Assembly: GCA_963677925.2 (NCBI GenBank)
Contig: CAXXYH010000004.1
Location: forward strand, 1,792,001-1,856,000
From: Spirochaetia bacterium
GTDB lineage: Bacteria > Spirochaetota > Spirochaetia > UBA9216
Length of the DNA stretch: 64,000 nucleotides
Direction of reading: 5' to 3'
Under the pieces are notes generated by a model. It had not been told where the DNA came from. It ran no database searches and saw only the letters and a list, made by a program, of their open reading frames with translations. This document shows positions 12,119 to 23,700 of this stretch, piece after piece (positions within the stretch are counted from its first letter, which is position 1; the number at the start of each line of letters is the position of its first letter). The position numbers were made by a program, and so were the translations under genes.

Positions 12119-12487
12119 ATGATCCAGATGCAAACGTATCTGAATGTTGCAGATAACAGCGGAGCCAAAAGGGTACAGTGTATCAAGGTTCTGGGCGGAA
12201 GCCACAAAAATATTGCCGGAGTAGGTGACGTAATTGTTGTAGCTGTTAAGGATGCACTTCCTAACGCAGCAATCAAGAAGGGCGATGTCCATAAAGCCGT
12301 TATTGTCAGAACAAGTAAGGAATACCGCCGTATTGACGGTACATATATCAGGTTTGATGATAATGCTTGCGTCATTTTGGATGCTAGTTTAAATCCTAGA
12401 GGAAAGCGTATCTTCGGCCCGGTAGCTCGAGAGCTGAGAGAGGGAGGCTTCATGAAGATTGTTTCCCTTGCACCGGAGGTCCTTTAA
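12119..12487 (+). CDS. rplN: 50S ribosomal protein L14
   Basis: [31 protein letters not shown]. Confidence 0.99.
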   Translation: MIQMQTYLNVADNSGAKRVQCIKVLGGSHKNIAGVGDVIVVAVKDALPNAAIKKGDVHKAVIVRTSKEYRRIDGTYIRFDDNACVILDASLNPRGKRIFGPVARELREGGFMKIVSLAPEVL

Positions 12488-12499
12488 AGGGGTTTGGAA

Positions 12500-12811
12500 A
12501 TGGTTAAATATAAGATTAAGAAGAACGATACAGTAAAGGTTGTCTGCGGTAAGGACAAAGGTAAGACCGGTAAGGTCGTTAAGGTTAACCGTGAGAAAGG
12601 CCGTGTAGTTGTTCAGGGTATTAACATTGTAAAAAAAGCAATGAAACCTAAAAGCCAGAACGAAAAAGGCGGTATCGTCAGTATTGAAGCTTCAATGGAT
12701 ATATCCAATGTTAGAGTAATATGCAAGAAATGCGGACCTACAAGACTTGGGTACAAAATTGAAGGTGACGATAAGGTTAGAATTTGTAAGAAATGCGGAG
12801 AAGCAATCTGA
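12500..12811 (+). CDS. rplX: 50S ribosomal protein L24
   Basis: [13 protein letters not shown] motif; two CKKCG pairs. Confidence 0.98.
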   Translation: MVKYKIKKNDTVKVVCGKDKGKTGKVVKVNREKGRVVVQGINIVKKAMKPKSQNEKGGIVSIEASMDISNVRVICKKCGPTRLGYKIEGDDKVRICKKCGEAI

Positions 12812-13368
12812 TGGCAGTGAAAGAATATGTACCAACACTAAAGAAGTTTTATAAAGATTCAGTTGCGAAAGAACTTCGTGAAGAATTTGGATACAGCTCT
12901 GTTATGCAGATTCCCGCACTTGAGAAGGTTATAGTTAGCGTAGGCTGTGGTGATGCAATTCAGAACAAAAAGTTTCTTGAATCCGCAGTTTCCGAACTTG
13001 AACTGATTACCGGCCAGAAAGCTGTAAAGACAAAGGCCAGAAAGTCAATTTCTAACTTTAAGCTTCGTGAAGGTATGGAAATCGGCGCAAAGGTAACACT
13101 CAGAGGTGCATACATGTGGGAGTTTCTTGAAAGATTTATTTCAATAGCACTTCCCCGTGTTAAGGACTTCAGAGGTATTAATCCGAATGCTTTCGATGGA
13201 AACGGTAATTACTCACTTGGTATTACCGAACAGATCATTTTCCCTGAAATCGATTTTGATAAGATTGAACGGGTAAGTGGTATGAATATAGCAATTGTAA
13301 CAACCGCTAAAACAGACCAGGAAGCCAGAAGCCTTCTGCAGAAGCTCGGCATGCCTTTCAGGAAATAG
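12811..13368 (+). CDS. rplE: 50S ribosomal protein L5
   Basis: [27 protein letters not shown]; TGATG overlap with rplX. Confidence 0.98.
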   Translation: MAVKEYVPTLKKFYKDSVAKELREEFGYSSVMQIPALEKVIVSVGCGDAIQNKKFLESAVSELELITGQKAVKTKARKSISNFKLREGMEIGAKVTLRGAYMWEFLERFISIALPRVKDFRGINPNAFDGNGNYSLGITEQIIFPEIDFDKIERVSGMNIAIVTTAKTDQEARSLLQKLGMPFRK

Positions 13369-13379
13369 GAGTGTAGATA

Positions 13380-13565
13380 ATGGCTAAAAAATCAATGATT
13401 GTAAAAGCTAACAGAACTCCGAAATATAGTACAAGAAAAGTAAACAGATGTAGAGTCTGTGGAAGACCGAGAGGCTATATGCGGAAGTTTCAGATGTGTA
13501 GGGTTTGTTTCAGAAAATACGCCAGTGAGGGACTTATCCCGGGTGTAACAAAATCGAGCTGGTAG
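13380..13565 (+). CDS. rpsN: 30S ribosomal protein S14 type Z (zinc-binding)
   Basis: 61 aa, CRVC...[13 protein letters not shown]. Confidence 0.98.
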   Translation: MAKKSMIVKANRTPKYSTRKVNRCRVCGRPRGYMRKFQMCRVCFRKYASEGLIPGVTKSSW

Positions 13566-13575
13566 GGAGAGTAAT

Positions 13576-13974
13576 ATGGCAGTTTCAGATCCTGTAGCTG
13601 ATATGTTAACTAAAATTCGAAATGCAAACAACGCAAGATTTGACAGAGTTGATATACCTACTTCAAAGTTGAAGCTTGAAATAGTTAAGATACTTAAGAA
13701 TGAAGGCTACGTTAAAAACTTTAAGAAAACGACAATAGATGGAATTAACTTCATCAGAATTTTTCTGAAATATGTAAATGATGATGAACCAATAATTCAT
13801 GGTATTACAAAGATTTCAAAGCCTGGTAGAAGAATCTATACAGGTTACAAAAAAATGCCCAGAGTGTATAACGGATACGGAACTCTGATTGTATCTACTT
13901 CAACCGGTGTAACTACCGGCAGGAAGGCTGCTGAAAAGAAAGTCGGCGGTGAAGTTATTTGCTCAGTTTGGTAG
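13576..13974 (+). CDS. rpsH: 30S ribosomal protein S8
   Basis: [30 protein letters not shown]. Confidence 0.99.
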   Translation: MAVSDPVADMLTKIRNANNARFDRVDIPTSKLKLEIVKILKNEGYVKNFKKTTIDGINFIRIFLKYVNDDEPIIHGITKISKPGRRIYTGYKKMPRVYNGYGTLIVSTSTGVTTGRKAAEKKVGGEVICSVW

Positions 13975-13989
13975 GATAGGGGTAGCGAG

Positions 13990-14526
13990 ATGTCTCGAAT
14001 TGGAAAATTACCGGTAGCAATTCCGCAGGGAGTTAAGGTTTCTGTTTCAGAAGAGCTTATCACTGTAGAAGGACCGAAGGGAAAACTTGAACAGGATTAT
14101 AAACCTGAAGTTGAGATTAAGGTTGAAGATAATTCCGTAGTTGTTACGGCCAAATCCGACACAAAAAGCGCTCATTCTTACCATGGTTTATATCGTTCAC
14201 TTATAAATAATATGGTTACCGGAGTTTCAACCGGTTTTTCTAAAACACTTATTATTAACGGTGTAGGTTACCGTGCTGAAGTTAACAAGGATATCCTTAC
14301 ACTCAGCCTTGGTTACTCACAGCCGATTGATTTCTACATTGAAGAAGGAATCAATATCAGTGTTGAAGGCACAAAGGTAACTGTATCAGGTATCGATAAA
14401 CAGCGCGTTGGTCAGATTAGCTCTGAGATCAGAGGACTTAGACCGCCTGAGCCGTATAAGGGTAAGGGTATAAGATACGATAACGAGAATATCAGAAGAA
14501 AAGTCGGAAAATCTGGTATTAAATAG
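13990..14526 (+). CDS. rplF: 50S ribosomal protein L6
   Basis: [25 protein letters not shown]. Confidence 0.99.
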   Translation: MSRIGKLPVAIPQGVKVSVSEELITVEGPKGKLEQDYKPEVEIKVEDNSVVVTAKSDTKSAHSYHGLYRSLINNMVTGVSTGFSKTLIINGVGYRAEVNKDILTLSLGYSQPIDFYIEEGINISVEGTKVTVSGIDKQRVGQISSEIRGLRPPEPYKGKGIRYDNENIRRKVGKSGIK

Positions 14527-14535
14527 GGTACTTAA

Positions 14536-14895
14536 ATGAAGAAACTAATACAAAAGGCTAACCGAAGAGTTCGGAGAAAGAAACACGTTAGAAAAACTGT
14601 TAGTGGTACTCCTGAAAGACCTCGTTTGAGTGTTTTTAAGAGTAACAGGCACTTATATGCACAGGTAATTGATGATGCCACTGGTGTTACAATTGCTTAC
14701 GCAAATAACATGGAAAAAGATAACAAGGCGATTCCTTCTACGGTAGAAGGCGCAGAGAAGCTCGGTACGCTTCTTGGAGAACGTCTAAAAGAAAAAAATA
14801 TATCTACGGTTGTTTTTGACAGAAATGGATTTTTATATCACGGCAAGGTTAAGGCTATTGCTGAGGGTGTCAGAAAAGCCGGAGTTACTATCTAG
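14536..14895 (+). CDS. rplR: 50S ribosomal protein L18
   Basis: RPRLSVFKSN, VFDRNGFLYHGKV. Confidence 0.98.
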   Translation: MKKLIQKANRRVRRKKHVRKTVSGTPERPRLSVFKSNRHLYAQVIDDATGVTIAYANNMEKDNKAIPSTVEGAEKLGTLLGERLKEKNISTVVFDRNGFLYHGKVKAIAEGVRKAGVTI

Positions 14896-14904
14896 GAGGA
14901 GAAC

Positions 14905-15399
14905 TTGGACGCTGTAAACGAAAAAGAATACGTTGAAAAGCTGATTAAGCTCAACAGGGTAGCCAAAGTAGTAAAAGGTGGTAGACGATTTTCATTCTCC
15001 GCACTGGTAGTTGTCGGTGATCAGAATGGAAGAGTCGGATACGGATTTGGAAAAGCTAATGACGTTTCTGAAGCTATCAGGAAAAGCGTTGAAAAAGCTA
15101 AAGGCAACCTTATTACTGTACCCATTAAAAATGACACACTTCCGCATGAATACATCGGTGAATTTAAAAGCGCCAGAGTTATTCTGAAGCCTGCTGCACC
15201 CGGTACCGGTATTATAGCCGGTGGACCCGTTCGTGCTGTAATGGAAGTAAGCGGAATAAACAATATTCTCAGCAAATCTCTTGGTTCAAAGAATGTTATG
15301 AATATTACAAAGGCTGTTTTTAACGGACTTGAAAATATGATGAACGCCAAGAGCATAGCCAAGGGCAGAGGTAAAACTCTTGCTGATATGTGGGGTTAG
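14905..15399 (+). CDS. rpsE: 30S ribosomal protein S5
   Basis: [31 protein letters not shown]; TTG start after AGGAG. Confidence 0.98.
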   Translation: MDAVNEKEYVEKLIKLNRVAKVVKGGRRFSFSALVVVGDQNGRVGYGFGKANDVSEAIRKSVEKAKGNLITVPIKNDTLPHEYIGEFKSARVILKPAAPGTGIIAGGPVRAVMEVSGINNILSKSLGSKNVMNITKAVFNGLENMMNAKSIAKGRGKTLADMWG

Positions 15400-15401
15400 A
15401 A

Positions 15402-15590
15402 ATGGCTGACAAGAAGATAAAGATTGAACTGGTTAGAAGCTATATCGGCCGAAAACCAAATCAGGTTAAGACACTTAAAGCTCTCGGGCTTAGAAAGATC
15501 AGCCAGTCGGTTGTTAAAGAAGCAAATCCGGCTATCTTAGGCATGGTCAATACTGTCTCACATCTCGTTAAGGTCGAGGAGATTAACTGA
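15402..15590 (+). CDS. rpmD: 50S ribosomal protein L30
   Basis: [20 protein letters not shown]; short 62-aa form. Confidence 0.96.
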   Translation: MADKKIKIELVRSYIGRKPNQVKTLKALGLRKISQSVVKEANPAILGMVNTVSHLVKVEEIN

Positions 15591-15592
15591 TT

Positions 15593-16039
15593 ATGAGTGA
15601 TATTAGATTACCTGCTGGTGCAACCAGTAAGAAAAGAATAAAGGGTCGCGGTAACGGTTCAAGAAGAGGCGGTACAAGCGGTCGAGGCAGCAATGGTCAG
15701 AACGCAAGATCAGGCGGTGGTGTAAGACCGGGATTTGAAGGCGGTCAGATGCCACTCTACAGAAGAATAGCAAGCAGAGGTTTCTCTAACTATCCTTTCA
15801 AAGTGGAATATAAGACCATTAATCTCAAAGAACTCAGCGAAAAGTATGCTGATGGAGAGACCGTTAACATGGAAACTCTTCGTGAAAAGGGCATACTGAA
15901 AGGTAAGAATAAGCTTGTTAAAATACTCGGTGAGGGTGATATCGACAAGAAGCTTACAGTTGAAATTGAAAAAATCTCAGCCGGTGCAAAAGAGAAAATT
16001 GAAAAAGCCGGCGGAAATATTGTAGTTAAAGAAGGTTAG
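15593..16039 (+). CDS. rplO: 50S ribosomal protein L15
   Basis: GRGSNGQNARSGG, FEGGQMPLYRR, KILGEG. Confidence 0.98.
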   Translation: MSDIRLPAGATSKKRIKGRGNGSRRGGTSGRGSNGQNARSGGGVRPGFEGGQMPLYRRIASRGFSNYPFKVEYKTINLKELSEKYADGETVNMETLREKGILKGKNKLVKILGEGDIDKKLTVEIEKISAGAKEKIEKAGGNIVVKEG

Positions 16040-16040
16040 G

Positions 16041-17363
16041 ATGGCCGGAAATAAACTTGCAGACATGATGCGTGTAAAGGATTTAAGAGATAGAATCCTT
16101 TTTACTATTCTGATGCTGGTAGTATACAGACTGGGTGTAGCTATTCCTATTCCTGGTATTAACCTGAATGCACTGAAGTTATACTTCATGTCTCAGGATG
16201 CCGCAGGAGGAATAGGAGTTACTGAGTATATTGATTTCTTTTCAGGTGGAGGATTTAAAAACTTCTCCATATTTATGCTTGGTATTATGCCCTATATATC
16301 AATGTCTATTATCATGCAGCTCCTTCTAATGGTATTTCCTTTTTTAAAGAAAATATCAGAGGAAGACGGCGGAAGAAAGAAGATACAGAAATATGTAAGG
16401 TACGGTACAGTAGTTGTTTGTCTCGTGCAGTCATACGCGGTTACAATATATGCAAATCAGATTCCTGATGCTATTACAATGAGCAGACTTGCTTATTCAA
16501 TAATAGCGATGCTGACGGTAACAACAGGAACCCTGTTCCTGATGTGGATGGGAGAACAGATAACTCAGAGGGGCGTTGGAAACGGAATATCGCTTATAAT
16601 TTTTGCAGGTATCGTAGCCAGAATGCCTAATGCGTTTGTATCAATAATCAGAGCAGTAAGAGAAGATTCTCTTAATCCGGTTTTCGTAATCATTGTTCTT
16701 GCAATGTTTGTAGTTGTTGTTGCGCTCGTTATTTATGAGCAGCAGGGACAGCGAAAAATTCCGGTTCATTATGCTAAAAGGGTAGTCGGAAGAAAAATGT
16801 ACGGTGCTCAGAGTACCTACATTCCCTTTAAGATTAACCCGTCAGGTGTTATCCCTGTAATCTTTGCGTCATCAATTCTGACGTTCCTTTTACAGATTGC
16901 TAACAGTCTAGGCGGAGATGTCAAATGGCTTTCCAGTTTTGCTTACTGGTTAAGACCCAGAGGTCCGGCTTATCTTATTATATATACGCTGTTAATCATC
17001 TTTTTTGCTTACTTCTATACTCAGGCAACTTTAAACCCCATGGAGATAGCAAAACAGATTAGAGAAAACGGCGGTTCGATTCCTGGTGTCAGATCAGATA
17101 AACTTGAAGAGCACCTGAACAAGATACTTGCCAGGATAATTTTACCGGGCGCTCTCTTCCTGGCGTTTATAGCGATTATACCTACTATTGTTCAATCAGT
17201 ATTTAATTTTCCCGCCTCTGCGGCAATGTTATTGGGCGGAACTTCACTGCTGATTATGGTAGGTGTTGACCTGGATACGATGTCACAAATCGAAGGTCAT
17301 CTTAGGATGCATCATCAGGATGGATTTGTGAAGAAAGGAAAAATAAGATCAAGGAATCTTTAG
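16041..17363 (+). CDS. secY: preprotein translocase subunit SecY
   Basis: LGIMPYI, GVGNGISLIIF, GVIPVIFA, GGTSLLI; multiple TM helices. Confidence 0.99.
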   Translation: MAGNKLADMMRVKDLRDRILFTILMLVVYRLGVAIPIPGINLNALKLYFMSQDAAGGIGVTEYIDFFSGGGFKNFSIFMLGIMPYISMSIIMQLLLMVFPFLKKISEEDGGRKKIQKYVRYGTVVVCLVQSYAVTIYANQIPDAITMSRLAYSIIAMLTVTTGTLFLMWMGEQITQRGVGNGISLIIFAGIVARMPNAFVSIIRAVREDSLNPVFVIIVLAMFVVVVALVIYEQQGQRKIPVHYAKRVVGRKMYGAQSTYIPFKINPSGVIPVIFASSILTFLLQIANSLGGDVKWLSSFAYWLRPRGPAYLIIYTLLIIFFAYFYTQATLNPMEIAKQIRENGGSIPGVRSDKLEEHLNKILARIILPGALFLAFIAIIPTIVQSVFNFPASAAMLLGGTSLLIMVGVDLDTMSQIEGHLRMHHQDGFVKKGKIRSRNL

Positions 17364-17375
17364 AAGAGGTAGATG

Positions 17376-17489
17376 ATGAAAGTCAGAGCAAGTGTTAAAC
17401 CAATGTGTGATAAATGCAAGGTTATAAGAAGACGGGGTGTGCTCCGCATACTGTGTGAGAATCCAAAACACAAACAGAGACAGAGGTAG
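17376..17489 (+). CDS. rpmJ: 50S ribosomal protein L36 (not in ORF track)
   Basis: Translated by hand: [37 protein letters not shown]; SD GAGGT upstream. Confidence 0.98.
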   Translation: MKVRASVKPMCDKCKVIRRRGVLRILCENPKHKQRQR

Positions 17490-17498
17490 GAGTATTTT

Positions 17499-17873
17499 AT
17501 GGCACGAATTTCGGGTGTTGACCTCCCAAATAAACAGATTAAAATAGCTTTAACATACATCTATGGAGTAGGCAGAACAACAGCTTTGGAAATCTGTAAA
17601 AAGCTTGATGTCAGTCCAGAAAGTAATATAAATGATCTTTCAAGTGATGATATAGCCAAGCTTCGCCAGATACTTGATAATGAGTACAAAGTTGAAGGAA
17701 GACTTCGAACAGAAACCGCGCTGAATATTAAGAGACTTATGGACATCGGCTGTTACAGAGGTCTTAGACATAGAAGAGGCTTACCGGTAAGAGGTCAGAG
17801 AACAAAGACCAATGCTAGAACCAGAAAGGGTAAGAAAAAGACCGTTGCTGGAAAGAAGAAAGCTGGTAAATAA
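17499..17873 (+). CDS. rpsM: 30S ribosomal protein S13
   Basis: [36 protein letters not shown]. Confidence 0.99.
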   Translation: MARISGVDLPNKQIKIALTYIYGVGRTTALEICKKLDVSPESNINDLSSDDIAKLRQILDNEYKVEGRLRTETALNIKRLMDIGCYRGLRHRRGLPVRGQRTKTNARTRKGKKKTVAGKKKAGK

Positions 17874-17890
17874 GTCGGAGGGAATTGAGA

Positions 17891-18271
17891 TTGGCTAAGG
17901 TAAAGAAAAAGAAAGATAAAAAGACGGTACAGGAAGGTAACGTCTATATTCAGGCTACTTTTAACAATACTATTGTTACAATTACCGATTTGAACGGAAA
18001 TGCTGTATCATGGGCAAGTGCCGGTGGACTTGGTTTCAGGGGTGCGAAAAAATCTACTCCCTACGCAGCACAGACAACTGCAGAGACTGCGGCTAAGAAA
18101 GCTATGGATTACGGTCTCAGAGAAGTCTACGTATATGTAAAAGGTCCCGGTGTAGGTAGAGAGTCTGCTATCAGATCTCTCGGTAATCTTGGACTGTGGG
18201 TTAAGGGTATCATTGATGTTACTCCTATACCTCATAACGGCTGCAGACCCAGAAAGAGCAGAAGAGTATAG
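17891..18271 (+). CDS. rpsK: 30S ribosomal protein S11
   Basis: [32 protein letters not shown]; probable TTG start 17891. Confidence 0.98.
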   Translation: MAKVKKKKDKKTVQEGNVYIQATFNNTIVTITDLNGNAVSWASAGGLGFRGAKKSTPYAAQTTAETAAKKAMDYGLREVYVYVKGPGVGRESAIRSLGNLGLWVKGIIDVTPIPHNGCRPRKSRRV

Positions 18272-18288
18272 GTAGAGGGAGACAGGAA

Positions 18289-18924
18289 ATGGCAAGAAAT
18301 ACAGGTCCACAGTGCAGATTGTGCAGAGCTGAGAAGAAAAGACTTTATCTTAAAGGCGAAAGGTGCAGAAGCACTAAATGTCCTATTACAAAGAAAAGAA
18401 ATCCTCCTGGAAAAGGCCCGAAGACAAGAGCAGGTAAGCTCTCTGACTACGGTGTTCAGCTCAGGGAAAAGCAGAAACTTAAAAGAACTTACGGTATGCT
18501 TGAGAAACAGTTTAAGCTTACTTTTGACAAAGCTGAAAAAATGAAGGGTAAGACCGGTGAAAACCTGATCGTCCTTCTTGAAAGAAGACTCGATAATATC
18601 GTTTTCAGAATGAGGTTTGCTTCATCAAGGAATCAGGCAAGACAGCTTGTTTCTCATGGACATATCTTTGTTAACGGAAAAAGAGTTACTATCGCCTCCT
18701 ATATAGTTAAGGAAAACGACGTAATCGAAGTTGGTGAGAACAGCAAAAAACTTACTGTTATTAAAGACAGTTTGAAAGAATACACCAAGTCCGGTGTTTA
18801 TCCTTGGCTTCAGGTAGATCCTGATGCAATGAAAGGAAGCATAAAAGCGTTACCATTAAGAAGTGATGTCGCCGACCTTGCTGAGATCAATGAGCAGCTG
18901 GTCGTTGAGCTCTATTCAAGATAA
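18289..18924 (+). CDS. rpsD: 30S ribosomal protein S4 (Cys/Zn type)
   Basis: CRLCR...C...[30 protein letters not shown]. Confidence 0.99.
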   Translation: MARNTGPQCRLCRAEKKRLYLKGERCRSTKCPITKKRNPPGKGPKTRAGKLSDYGVQLREKQKLKRTYGMLEKQFKLTFDKAEKMKGKTGENLIVLLERRLDNIVFRMRFASSRNQARQLVSHGHIFVNGKRVTIASYIVKENDVIEVGENSKKLTVIKDSLKEYTKSGVYPWLQVDPDAMKGSIKALPLRSDVADLAEINEQLVVELYSR

Positions 18925-18941
18925 AAAAACAGGGAGTGCAC

Positions 18942-19997
18942 ATGGCGAGGAAAAATCTTTTAAAGGGATTTAAGAAGCCTAAAGGTATATCCTTTGAGCA
19001 CAGTGAATTAAGCAATAATATCGGAAGATTTACAGCTTATCCGTTCGAAAGGGGATTTGGAACTACCATCGGAAATACACTGAGAAGGATTCTGCTTTCT
19101 TCTATACAGGGTTATTCTGTGACAGCAGTTAAGATAACCAGTTATGACAAAGAAGGCACTCCTCATATGATTTCCAGTGAGTTTGAGGCAATACCTGAGG
19201 TAGTAGAAGATACTCCGGAGGTTATTAATAACCTTAAGAAACTGAAAATCAAGCTTCCTGAAGAAGTTGAACAGAAGATCCTTAACCTTGAATTCAAGGG
19301 CGGCGGAAAAATCACTGGTGCTGATTTTAAAGTTGATGAGGACATTGAAATTTTCAATGAAGATCTTGTAATTGCAACTTTGATGGATAAAGCTAATCTT
19401 GATGTAGAAGTTCAGATTGATCTGGGAAGGGGCTATGTCCCGGCCGAGGTCAACGAGCAGTACATTGAGGTAATTGGAACTATTGCAATTGATTCAGTAT
19501 TTTCACCGATAGTGAAAGTCAGTTACGATATAGAGAATACAAGAGTTGGTCAGAGAAACGACTATGACAAACTGGTACTTGATGTAGAAACAGACGGTAC
19601 AATTTCTCCTGAAGATGCCGTTGCTGAGGCTGCGAAAATTGCTAAGGATCATTTCACCATATTCATTAATTTTGATGAAGATGCAATTGGCGGTGATGAA
19701 GAAGTTGACGAGGAAGAAGAGCGAATCAAAACTATCCTCGACACACCTGTTGAAGAGCTTGAATTATCAGTAAGATCAAGTAACTGTCTTAAGAACGCTA
19801 ATATTAAGACAATTGGGGATCTTACAAGAAGAAGTGAAGACGAAATTGCTAAAACAAGGAATTTCGGAAAGAAATCGCTTCTCGAAATTAAAGAAAAGCT
19901 CAGTGAATGGGGTCTTAGTCTTGGTATGACTGATTACAGCGTGCTTAAGACTTCAAGAAAATTACAGTCGAAGAAGGAAGAAGCAAATGAAGCATAG
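18942..19997 (+). CDS. rpoA: RNA polymerase alpha subunit
   Basis: [40 protein letters not shown]. Confidence 0.99.
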   Translation: MARKNLLKGFKKPKGISFEHSELSNNIGRFTAYPFERGFGTTIGNTLRRILLSSIQGYSVTAVKITSYDKEGTPHMISSEFEAIPEVVEDTPEVINNLKKLKIKLPEEVEQKILNLEFKGGGKITGADFKVDEDIEIFNEDLVIATLMDKANLDVEVQIDLGRGYVPAEVNEQYIEVIGTIAIDSVFSPIVKVSYDIENTRVGQRNDYDKLVLDVETDGTISPEDAVAEAAKIAKDHFTIFINFDEDAIGGDEEVDEEEERIKTILDTPVEELELSVRSSNCLKNANIKTIGDLTRRSEDEIAKTRNFGKKSLLEIKEKLSEWGLSLGMTDYSVLKTSRKLQSKKEEANEA

Positions 19998-20592
19998 AGT
20001 TGGTTTTAACAAGCTCAGCAGGAAATCAAGCCACAGAAAGGCTTTACATAGAAATATGGTAACCTCTCTATTCAAACATGAAAGAATTACAACTACCAAG
20101 GCAAAAGCTCTAGAGATCAGAAGAACTGCTGAGAAAATGATCACCAGAGCAAAAAGTGATTCTGTTCATAATAGAAGGATTATTAACAAAGATATTAAGG
20201 ACGGTGAAGTTCTTAATAAGCTTTTTACTGAAATCGGACCTAGAAATGCTACAAGACCAGGTGGTTACACCAGAATCTACAAGCTTGGTTTCAGGAAAGG
20301 TGATGCAGCCGAGATGGTTATTCTTGAATTGGTTTCTGAAGAAGAATCAGAGACAAAAAAGAAGAAGCCTTCAAAAGCAAAAAAAGCAGCTGAACCAAAA
20401 GCAGCAGTAAAAACTGAAGTTAAAAAGGATACTCCTGTCAAGGAAGAAGTCCCTGTTGAAGCTCCAGTAACTGAAGAACCTGCAGTTGAAGAAGCAGCGG
20501 TTGAAGAAACTGAAGCAGAAGTTGTAGAAGACAAAGCTGCTGAAGTTGAAGATAAGGCTGAAGAAGCTGAAACAGTTGAAGAAGACAAATAA
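19987..20592 (+). CDS. rplQ: 50S ribosomal protein L17 with Lys/Ala then Glu-rich C-terminal extension
   Basis: [35 protein letters not shown], then about 85 aa of low complexity. Confidence 0.98.
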   Translation: MKHRVGFNKLSRKSSHRKALHRNMVTSLFKHERITTTKAKALEIRRTAEKMITRAKSDSVHNRRIINKDIKDGEVLNKLFTEIGPRNATRPGGYTRIYKLGFRKGDAAEMVILELVSEEESETKKKKPSKAKKAAEPKAAVKTEVKKDTPVKEEVPVEAPVTEEPAVEEAAVEETEAEVVEDKAAEVEDKAEEAETVEEDK

Positions 20593-20613
20593 AGAATCAA
20601 CATATCTGAAAAG

Positions 20614-20641
20614 GAGGTGCTGAAAGGCACCTCTTTTTTTT
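20614..20641 (+). terminator. intrinsic terminator of the ribosomal super-operon
   Basis: GAGGTGC-tgaaag-GCACCTC followed by T8. Confidence 0.9.
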
Positions 20642-20684
20642 CCTCAAAGCATTCTTATAACGGTTACACTCGCAAAATTGCGCT

Positions 20685-20711
20685 ATAATATTTGCTGTTA
20701 AGTGCCGATAT
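20685..20711 (+). promoter_or_regulatory. sigma28-like promoter candidate
   Basis: GCCGATAT 20704-20711 with ATAA 15 nt upstream; a TATAAT at 20684-89 is an alternative sigma70 -10. Confidence 0.35.
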
Positions 20712-20751
20712 TAAAAGGAATAAATGTTTTTAGCTGGAGACCAGTGATTTA

Positions 20752-23700
20752 ATGAGATCCGGACTGAAATTTGCAGTCAGTTTATTAATAAGTGTTATCC
20801 TCTTTGCCGGTTTTATCGTGATCTCCTATTCAGGACTTTTCGACTATATTGAAACCACATTCTATCATTCCAGAGTGAAGGATTTTAAGCAGCAGGAATC
20901 TGAAGTATTAAAAAACAACATTGAAAGATATCATACTCTAAAGCTTGAATCCTTTTCTGTAATTAATGAGAATAATTCTATTGCAAGAAATTATCTTCCA
21001 AATATCAGTGAGGAAGATATTTTTTCAACATCTAATCTCGTATCTGTATTAAAAAAAGAAAATCCCGGTTTGCTCTTCATGCGTCTTATTGATCAAAATA
21101 GAAATATTCATTACAGCTCGCTTTCTCAGGACCTTAAAGAAGATAGTAGATATAAGAAAATATATAATAATTTTGATGAAGAGAGTGAGGGGATTTTATT
21201 AACTGAGATATTCGATAGGGTAAGTGATGGTCCCTTTGTTAGGTCAAACCCAGACAAGGCTTTGTTTGAATACTTTTTCCCGGTATATGATAATATAAGT
21301 ACTTTAAAAGGTGCTGCTGCATTTTATGTAGCAGAAAAAGATTTATACCAGTATTTGATAAAAGTAAATGCGGTTGAACTGGGTAGAGATTTTAACGTCT
21401 TAACGAATGGATATCTATCAGGGCTAAATATTACTGGGAAAAATGAAATTAAGGCTGAAATTGAAGATAAATTTCAACACGAAACTGATGATTTTGTAAT
21501 TATTCCGGTTACAGATGTAAACACAGAACTATTCATTTTCAGCACGCGATTGGAAAATGGATGGTATAGTGGTCTTGCTGTTGATTCAGTTGATTTTATT
21601 CTGACAAGAAATCTAAAGTTTTTACTAGTTGCTGCATTTGGCATAACCATTTTTTTAATAGTATTTCTAATTTTTAATATAAATCAGGATTCGGACATTG
21701 TTATTAATGACAGAATAAAAAAACTTCAAATGAGTTTTCTGCAGCAGTTCGTCGATCGGAAAGAGGAAATAGACTGGGCCGGTGTCCAAAATAATATTAT
21801 TGAAAAAAAAGAAATAATAAACAAACAAATAAAAAAGGGACTGGGTAGAAAAGCTTCTAAAAAAGATGCAGATGAAATAATAGAGAAAAATTGGGAAGAA
21901 ATTATCAGTTTAATTTCTGAAAAAAGTATTCAGCAGCCGGTTGCCCGTCCGCAATTGGAAAATATTGAAGAGATAATCAAGGAAGCGCTATCGAAAAGTA
22001 ATATTGTGATATCAGGCGACAATGTTAAATTGTCTTCTGCTGCATCAGCAAATACTGCAGATAGAGCGATATTGCCAACTCCCGCTTCAGATAATTCAAA
22101 ATCTGTAAAACAAATTGAAGAAGTTGAAGAGCTTGATTTTGGTGAAGAATTCCCGTCATTAGATGATGCTGAATCGGAAGATAAGTCTCAACCTGTCGAA
22201 ATTGAAGAAATACAGGATGCTGAAGAGATAGAAGATGCAGAGCCTGTTTTTGATGCTGAATCCGAAGAGTCAGCTGAAACAGTCGATGTTGAAGATGCCG
22301 AAGAACTAGATGATCTCGAAGAGCTGGAAGAACTCGAAGAGCTTGATGAAACCGATGAAGCATTGACTGATGAAACTGTAGAGGCTCAGCAGGAATCTCA
22401 ATCAGTTGAAGAAGCAGAAGATGCAGAGCCTGATTTTGATGCTGAATTCGAAGAATCAGCTGAAACAGTCGATGTTGAAGATGCCGAAGAACTAGATGAT
22501 CTCGAAGAGCTGGAAGAACTCGAAGAGCTGGAAGAACTCGAAGAGCTTGATGAAACCGATGAAGCATTGACAGATGAAGCTTTAGAGGCTCAGCAGGAAT
22601 CTCAATCAGTTGAAGAAGCAGAAGATGCAGAGCCTGTTTTTGATGCTGAACCCGAAGAGTCAGCTGAAACAGTCGATGTTGAAGATTCCGAGGAACTAGA
22701 TGATCTCGAAGAGCTGGAAGAACTCGAAGAGCTTGATGAAACCGATGAAGCATTGACAGATGAAGCTTTAGAGGCTCAGCAGGAATCTCAATCAGTTGAA
22801 GAAGCAGAAGATGCAGAGCCGGTTTTTGATGCTGAACCCGAAGAATCAGCTGAAACAGTCAATATTGAAGACGCCGAAGAGCTTGGTGATCTCGAAGAGC
22901 TGGAAGAACTCGAAGAGCTTGATGAAACCGATGAAGCATTGACAGATGAAGCTTTAGAGGCTCAGCAGGAATCTCAATCAGTTGTAGAAGCAGAACATGC
23001 AGAGCCGGTTTTTGATGCTGAACCCGAAGAATCAGCTGAAACAGTCGATATTGAAGACGCCGAAGAGCTTGGTGATATTCAGCCGGAAATCTTAATAACC
23101 GGCCCGGAACAGGTTTTGGTTTTTAATAATAGAGATAGTATTTTTGTTGAAGAACTTGATAATAGAACAGAATTAGAGATTGATAATGGTTCGGAATCTA
23201 TAGGTGATAGCCTTCAGGAAAAACTTCAGGTGCTTTATCCTGATATGAATTTATTAAAAACTGAACCGCTTGATTTGGAAATTCTTTTTCAGGAAGAGAA
23301 TATTGAAGGTGATATCGGTGTTTTCGATGATGAAGAATTAGAAGCTGAGAATGATTATGATGATCTTTCGGAAGAGCTTGCAGATGATCTTGAACCTGAG
23401 GAACTTGAGGAAATATCTGAATTAAATGATTTGGAAGTGCTTGAAGAGGAATTTTCTGAACTCGAAACGACCGAAATACGAAATGTGCCGGAAGAAGTTT
23501 CATATTCTGATGATGCACAATTAGAAGAACTTGAAGAATTGGATGCACTTGAAGAAATCGTGGACACGGATTCTGTGGATTATGTGCATGAAGAGTATGT
23601 TTCTGAAGAACTGGAATCCCTGGATGTAGAGGATGTTACCGAAGAAGAGCTGGAAGTGGAACTTGCTGAGGTAGAGGAACAACTTGAAGATCTTCCTGCT

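Noticed and set aside
22025-22753. 242-aa antisense ORF with repeated LRVLPALR
   Set aside because: Shadow of the Glu/Asp-rich repeat on the + strand; no SD or independent signal
22231-23076. Repeat array as possible CRISPR
   Set aside because: Units are 186 bp, contiguous, in frame within a CDS, with no unique spacers and no cas genes
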